From the NCBI GenBank assembly GCA_051362555.1, contig CM120642.1, positions 27,342,001-27,406,000 of the forward strand: a DNA stretch of 64,000 nt, read 5' to 3'. Positions 57,433 through 64,000 of the stretch are shown piece by piece. The DNA comes from Lingula anatina. Taxonomy: Eukaryota; Animalia; Brachiopoda. How positions within the stretch are numbered: the first letter of the stretch is position 1; each line of letters begins with the position of its first letter. The translations under genes and the position numbers were made by a program. The notes under the pieces were generated by a model that made no database searches, was not told where the DNA came from, and saw only the letters and a program-made list of their open reading frames with translations.

Positions 57433-60400
57433 ATGATATTATACAGGCAGCTTCCATATTTACAAATACTGTTTCTCTTTTGTATTCTACCCTCAGGTAA
57501 TACAGTATATACACATGTATTGTATTCTGCACATGTCTTGTTGTGAAGTCCACCCTCTATAATTCCAATGTTTTGTGGACGATATTGGTGGCTTGTTTTA
57601 TAAATACAGCCTTAAGGAAGTTCTATGTATACAATGTTAGCAAAAATATGTACATGTTTAAGTACAATATTTGAGTTGAAGGGTCCAGTCTTGCATAGTA
57701 AACAATTAATAATTAATAAAATGTCAATTTGAGGCCAAGTTTTGTCTCATAAGATGAAAAAGGTGATTATTTGTTTTGTTTTGTTTTTTTTCTTAGGCAT
57801 TTTGTCTCAGTTTTCTGTCTGCCTAAACTCCACATGTCAGAATGGTGCTACGTGTCTTAGCAATGGAACCAGTGTTATTTGTCAGTGTGCCACTGGCTTT
57901 AGAGGTAAGTTATTAAAGTGCTCTGTTCAAAACAGCAACAAAGATCTATGAATATTTTCAGCAGCTGTGTTAAACATTGATTAGTTTCTTCTGAATAATA
58001 GCTTAGATTAGTAAATAGTTTTGGTAGATGCATAAAGCAATCACATTATTTTCTTAAAAATTCAAGACACACAATACAGTATGTATTTAAAAAACTACTA
58101 TAACATGTCAGAATGTGGATATTATTTCTGATTTTATAATCAAAACAATTTGTTACTGGAGGAGAGTGAGAGTGCTTTTACAAGGAAAAGGTCAATTAAA
58201 GGGGATAGACGCACTGTCATTTTAAATTGTGTTCTTTATTTTAACAGTCATTTCACTTTTTAAAAAATGTACATACAGTTTTATCTTGTTGCTAGAAAAT
58301 TGGTAACTTTCTCTAAATCCTGTGTAGAATTTCTAATCGATTTTGCATCATTATTTAAGGTTCCAACTGTTCAGAGAACATAGATGATTGTCGTGAACCT
58401 GTCCTCCATAACTGTGCCAATGGTGCCAGGTGTATAGATGAGATAGCAGGCTATACCTGTAGCTGTCAGCCTGGGTGGACTGGATCTCTCTGTGAACAGG
58501 TAATGTAGATTGATGAATAATTCTCATTATAATATGTTAAATTATGTGGATGGAATAGCAGGCTATACCTGTAGCTGCCAGCCTGGGTGGACTGGATCTC
58601 TCTGTGAACAGGTAATGTTGATTGATGAATAATTCTCATATGTTTAATTATGTGGATGGAATAGCAGGCTATACCTGTAGCTGTCAGCCTGAGTGGACTG
58701 GATCTCTCTGTGAACAGGTAATGTAGATTGATGAATAATTCTCATTATAATATGTTAAATTATGTGGATGGAATAGCAGGCTATACCTGTAGCTGCCAGC
58801 CTGGGTGGACTGGATCTCTCTGTGAACAGGTAATGTTGATTGATGAATAATTCTCATATGTTTAATTATGTGGATGGAATAGCAGGCTATACCTGTAGCT
58901 GTCAGCCTGGGTGGACTGGATCTCTCTGTGAACAGGTAATGTTGATTGATGAATAATTCTCATATGTTTAATTATGTGGATAGAATAGCAGGCTATACCT
59001 GTAGCTGTCAGCCTGGGTGGACAGGATCTCTCTGTGAACAGGTAATGTGCATTGATAAATAATTCTCATTTAAACATGTCTAAGTATTTGTGTGGGTGGA
59101 TTCATTTGTGATAAGATGGCTTTCCTACCAACATGAATTCTTTGAACTGTTTTGAAATTGTTCTCTTCAGATTTTAAGGTATCCAGCATTGCATTATTAC
59201 CTATGCTATAAAAACTAACTTACTAGGACCCGCTTTTCAGTGGGTCCTAGGTTGCAACTGCTCATTTATTAGATATAAGATTTGATAAACATATGAACAA
59301 TGTGGCATGAGTAGTGAACAGCATTTTTTCATTGCATTCTGTGGCCTGCACTTAATACTAAAATTCATAATATGAATTTCTCCAGGAAATCAATGAATGT
59401 TTAGCAGATCCCTGCCGTAATGGTGCCACATGCAGTGACCGCTTGAATAGTTTTTTCTGCCAGTGTCCAGTCAATTTCCATGGCTCTACCTGTGCTGAGG
59501 ATGTGGACGAGTGTCTGACCCTGGCACCTTGTAGAAATTTTTTATCGTGTGATAATACGTATGGGGATTATCAGTGCAGGTGCTTGCCAGGTAAGGATAT
59601 CTTGTAAATCTTACCCTTTTATCTTTTGAAAAATAAAATTTTCTTTATTTTTTAGTAACTGGGGTAGCGCTAACACTTACCAGTTTAGCCGAATGCTAAA
59701 ACTGACTTAAAATGGTTAAACAAAAAGGGCTTGATTTGACTTGTTTTAGTCATATTTTAACCATTTGGATAACAAATTGACAAAAAAGTGGTGATTTGGC
59801 TAAGTGAAAAAAATTGCTAGTGCTACCCCAGAATTATAAATAGGCATAAATATACAACGTTCTGTCAATTTTGTATATAATCATATCTCATTGTTATACT
59901 GATAATATGTTGGAATATTATCTCAACAAAGTATATATTGTATTTGATTCTTTTTTTTTTTTTTTTTTTTTGTGGTATTTAAGGCTACACTGGAAAGAAC
60001 TGTGAAACAGAAATTGATGAATGTTCAAGTCAGCCATGTTATTTTGGTGGCACATGCCAGGATCTGATTGGTGGATTTAACTGCACATGCCCAGAAGGTT
60101 TTATTGGTGATCGCTGTGAGGCTATTGTGCGGAAATGTCAGCTGCTGGACCTGTGCTCTGAAAATGCAATCTGTGTAGAAATACCGACAGGTATAATGCA
60201 GTATTTTATTTACAAACAAATGCAACACTTGTTTTTGTATAAAAAACATTTCATCGTTATTCTTAAAGTTCATATTTTACCTTTAAAGATGATTTACATT
60301 GGTTGGTTGGTTGGCAATATTTTTTCCTTGTAATATTTGACAGCAGTATATGAGATATAAAATAATTTTATGTGCAACATTTTAAATGTTAAAGTAACAT

Positions 60401-60665
60401 GAAATTAGAAGATTACAAGAAATGATATATCTGTACTAATAATTATTCAAATTATGTCATCTCATTTAAACCTAATTGTTATGGTGGGGAGATACGTTCA
60501 TATGAAGTATTCTTTTCTATTCAGGTGGCCAGAGATGTTTCTGCAAACCAGGATACTATGGCAGTGACTGTCAGTTTGATATCAATGAGTGTGCCAGTAC
60601 ACCCTGTCTAAATGGGGGCAATTGTACTGACTTAGTGAATGGGTACAACTGTAGTTGTATACCAG
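57433..60665 (+). CDS. Secreted/type-I membrane calcium-binding EGF-repeat protein (Crumbs/Notch/EYS/fibropellin-like), 5' part; continues beyond the window
   Basis: Exons 57433-57496 (signal peptide [22 protein letters not shown]), 57797-57904, 58360-58499, 59386-59590, 59984-60190, 60525-60665; about 7 EGF modules (CQNGATC, NIDDC..CANGARC, EINEC..CRNGATC, DVDEC, EIDEC, DINEC..CLNGGNC); last exon ends in a phase-1 donor with no stop. Confidence 0.9.
58443..59070 (+). repeat. Tandem amplification (6 copies, ~106/112 bp) of an EGF exon 3' half plus donor site
   Basis: GCTATACCTGTAGCTG..TGTGAACAG|GTAATG at ~58450, 58562, 58668, 58780, 58886, 58992. Confidence 0.95.
59659..59831. mobile_element. 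Small MITE
   Basis: CTGGGGTAGCGCTA / TAGTGCTACCCCAG termini (13/14). Confidence 0.5.
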
Positions 60666-61250
60666 GTTTGTATTCAAAACCTGTTTATATACTATTAAGA
60701 AGTCACTACAGTACTGTCCTTTTTATCATTTTTATGTACAGACACAGATGTCTGTACATATAGCCGTCACCTGCATCTGTCGTTGCCATTGCCGTGCACT
60801 TTCAGTGATAACACGAAAAGTGGAAAACTGTTTAAGCTTTTGATTTCAAACTTACAGAACTGATGAATGTTCTGAATATACAGGTCAAGTTTGAAAATCA
60901 GCATGATCAGGCCATTTTTTCAAAAGTTAGGCTGCATTCACATGAAAAATCTATTTTCTAAAAATCTAAAAATCTATTTATGGTATCTTTTGATCACAGT
61001 CTGTGCCCTGAATACCCCGCGGTGTAATTACGGGCAGCGCGAGCCAGTTTCTTCCAAAGGTGTAATTAATTTCTGGATTGCTAGTGAAATAAGAATATTT
61101 TCTCAACAATTTCAATTTTAATTGTTAATAATTAAAATCTATTCGGTTGTAGGGACATTATCTTCTAGTTGTTTTCAACTCTGACCATGACTGGCCGAGT
61201 TAAGGTAAAAATTACCGTGTGATTGACAGACAGAAGCACGTGTTGCTACC

Positions 61251-61267
61251 GCAGCGCCCTCTGGCGA
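61251..61267 (-). promoter_or_regulatory. CTCF-like motif
   Basis: Minus strand reads TCGCCAGAGGGCGCTGC, matching the CCA(G/C)nAG(G/A)(G/T)GGC-type CTCF core (CCAGAGGGCGC). Confidence 0.5.
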
Positions 61268-62224
61268 TCGATCGACGAGAATAGTTAGACGATCGACAAG
61301 AATAGTTGGACGATCGACGAGATTAGAGGATCGACGAAAATCGTGAGAGCTTTGGTTTTAATACACTGTAGATGAGAAATGTTTGACAATTGAATTGACG
61401 AAAGTAGATGTTGAATTTATGACAGGATCGTTTAAACTTGAAACTGAATCGATGGGAAGGCAGTGAATCGACAAAACATAACTGAATCGACGACATGAAA
61501 TTTTGCCCTTTTGGCCGCCCATAAAGTTGCTTCCCTAGTTTTAACTTAAAAGTCTGAAGTGGCTAATAAATGAGATTACATAAAACACACATGTTGAGAT
61601 TTTCAAGGTGTGACCTTAACTCCCATAGGTTTAGTTCTCTGCCAGATACAGTTTCTGAAAGTCTCAATTAACAGTGTCTCATAATTAGAAATATATGATA
61701 TTGAAATTAAATTTACAAAAAAAAAAGTATTTTGTGTACTTCCAACATTAATAGATGAATAACAGTGCCTTATTGTCCTCAAACTCAATGGGGTGATTGA
61801 TATCATGTTAATGCAGCTAGATTGAATAGCAGCTTTATTGGAATATTTTTTGTTGTTTCTTTTTTTAATTTTTCAATTTTCAAACACAGGCATTTTAAAT
61901 ATGTGACTTTTTACTCTAATCCACCTGAAGTTCTGTATGAGTGACATTTTCTGTATTTTTTTCTGCATTTTCCTCGGCGCAATTAATAACTCTCACCAGT
62001 TCCCGTAAAGGCTGATTTAAATAAACATGTGCAGCTATGTCCATACATTGCTTAGATAAAAAAAAAAATTATACATAACTCAGACTTTTCATGTATTTGA
62101 AATGAAAATAAAACATTTCTGTAAAGTACAGAATTAAGAAAAGATGAATAATGTACTTTCAAATACACTGTAAAGGTATTAAATAAAAACAGTATTATGA
62201 TATCAATCAGAATAGTTTCTCTTA

Positions 62225-62777
62225 TACCCCGTTCACACTATGCTCAGTTATCCGGATAAATTGCGAATTAGGTCACAATTCGAATAAATGCAGTAGTGTG
62301 AACGCAAGAGGATTTTTGTAATGCGCATTTTCAAAATCCTGCAAGCGAGGTGGATTTCTAAGCGCGATCCGGATAACTTACCGGAATCGACACCTGTGCA
62401 GATCTTACTGCGCATGTGTGCTGATAAGTGCGGATATCTATGAACGCTTGTTTATTACTTTAGCGATTGCACCAAACGTATTTGGAGGTCACCACTCACT
62501 ACAACATGAGGAAACAAACTTATTTTGCCACCTTATACTTCTCAAGAATGCTGGAATGTCTTCCGAGTTGCATTTGTCGTCACAAATTTTTGTTGGTATT
62601 TTAAGATTTCCTGTGCGGCGCATGCGCGAGTGTTCAAAACAGGAAGTTAAACCTGAAATTTTCAACATGGGATTCGGATTCGCTTAGCGAGTGTGAACGC
62701 AATACCGAATCGGATTCCTTACGAAAAATCCGAATTATAGAAATGCGCATTTTGGCAACTGTAGTGTGAATGGGGTA
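62225..62777. mobile_element. MITE, PIF/Harbinger-like
   Basis: TIRs TACCCCGTTCACACTA / TAGTGTGAATGGGGTA with TWA flanks; internal GTGTGAACGCAA and CCGGATAA repeats; CpG-rich. Confidence 0.8.
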
Positions 62778-62926
62778 TAACACTCTGCTATCACAGCTTC
62801 TCAGTAAACTAACTATACCTTATGTTGTGGTTCCCACAATTTATCATCACAATCAGTGGCAACATAAGGATTTTATAAATATCAGTATTGTGATATATTT
62901 TCATGAGTGTACAATGTGATCAGTAT

Positions 62927-64000
62927 TTATTGGAAGCACTGAAATGTTTTAATTTGTCCCTCTGCCTCTGCCACCACCAGGTGGCCAATGGGGTTCATGG
63001 CTAACGCTGTTGGACGCTTCAACTCATCAACCATGGTGGCAACGTATCTGATAAACTGTCCTTGTGGACTCAGTGCCACTATCCTGTGGTTAAGACAGTC
63101 AGCAATAAAGATGTGACCATAGCTGTCTGTACACACTCCCTGTGGTGACATCAGCTGACCATCACCACTACCTCCGCTGCCATACTGGTACAGCTGATCA
63201 CCAGTAGGTGACAGCACATGTACACAGTGCTTATTCCAGCCTGGGTCTGATATCACAATGTTATCATTCACACTGTTCACTGTGATGTTCTGTGGGCTTC
63301 CACTCATACTGAGTGGAATAGTGTTCAGGAGCTGTCCACTATCTGCATGGAATGTGAAGATGGATTTTCTTCTTTTGTCACAAACCATCACATCACCTTG
63401 TCTGTTTAGTGTAATACCCAGTGGCATCTCCAGTTGATCCTGACCCATGGTTGTCACCTGCCGACCTCTGTTGGAGTACACTTTGACACATTTGTCACCC
63501 CATGATGTTATATACAGGTGACCAGTCTGTGATACAGCTATATCAGATACTCTGTTTATTTTAATACCATACTTGAAACCCCCAACATCTGTGAATATTT
63601 TTGTGCTTTCAGCGCCATTATCCACAACAAATATTTGTTCGTCATCTATGGCTAACCCGTTAATGTCATTTGCTCTGTCATATACCAGCTTAGTACTGAA
63701 GGAATGCACACACTTTGCCTTCTCTAAGAAAACGGGAGGATATGGTGGTGATCGTGGATTTGTTTCCTGTCCAGCTAATGAAGGCTGTGACGGCACCATA
63801 ACCTGTCCTAACATGGCTTCCAGCCCAGCAGTAGATATCTTACCTGGACTGTATGATATCTGTGCTGGTGTGTCTGGAGTCGGGACCGGTGTTTTGTCTA
63901 TCATTGCAAGTCTTTCTATCAGAGATTTTGCATGAACCATTATATCAGAGTTAGTGCCATTTGTCAAGAGTTGCTGGGCAAAGTCACAGGCACTGTGCAA
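62927..64000 (-). CDS. TRIM2/3-like TRIM-NHL protein, C-terminal part (end of coiled coil + NHL beta-propeller)
   Basis: Uninterrupted 357-codon ORF open at the window edge; NHL repeats (PLGITLNRQGDVMVCD, GSGGSGDGQLMSPQGVCTDSYGHIFIADCLNHRI, PTALAMNPIGHLVVAE). Confidence 0.9.
   Translation of the reverse strand: MHSACDFAQQLLTNGTNSDIMVHAKSLIERLAMIDKTPVPTPDTPAQISYSPGKISTAGLEAMLGQVMVPSQPSLAGQETNPRSPPYPPVFLEKAKCVHSFSTKLVYDRANDINGLAIDDEQIFVVDNGAESTKIFTDVGGFKYGIKINRVSDIAVSQTGHLYITSWGDKCVKVYSNRGRQVTTMGQDQLEMPLGITLNRQGDVMVCDKRRKSIFTFHADSGQLLNTIPLSMSGSPQNITVNSVNDNIVISDPGWNKHCVHVLSPTGDQLYQYGSGGSGDGQLMSPQGVCTDSYGHIFIADCLNHRIVALSPQGQFIRYVATMVDELKRPTALAMNPIGHLVVAEAEGQIKTFQCFQ

Noticed and set aside
59223-59250. 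Hairpin CTAGGACCCGC-TTTTCA-GTGGGTCCTAG
   Set aside because: Isolated; probably a rolling-circle element end remnant, with no partner terminus or ncRNA context.

Overview
AT-rich, intron-rich animal (invertebrate, probably lophotrochozoan) genomic DNA, not prokaryotic; most entries in the ORF track are noise or exon fragments. Walking splice sites by hand gives six genes in alternating orientation: (1) the 3' part of an ankyrin-repeat gene (+) with a long putative 3' UTR; (2) a 19-exon AtuA/DUF1446-like gene with a mitochondrial-type presequence (-); (3) head-to-head with it, a ~31 kb JIP3/JIP4 (Sunday driver/UNC-16/SPAG9) gene (+); (4) DIPK2A/C3orf58 (-); (5) the 5' part of a signal-peptide, cbEGF-repeat gene (Crumbs/Notch/EYS-like, +); (6) a TRIM-NHL gene (-) apparently nested in an intron of gene 5. 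The most interesting signals are in JIP3/4: a candidate alternative last exon giving a WD40-less, RILP-like isoform ending in a PDZ-binding motif, a candidate alternative first exon removing RH1, a run of in-frame microexons before LZII, and two Helentron/HINE-like elements carrying 146-bp arrays with perfect DR1 nuclear-receptor sites. Exon coordinates were read manually and checked for phase; no database search or RNA evidence was available.
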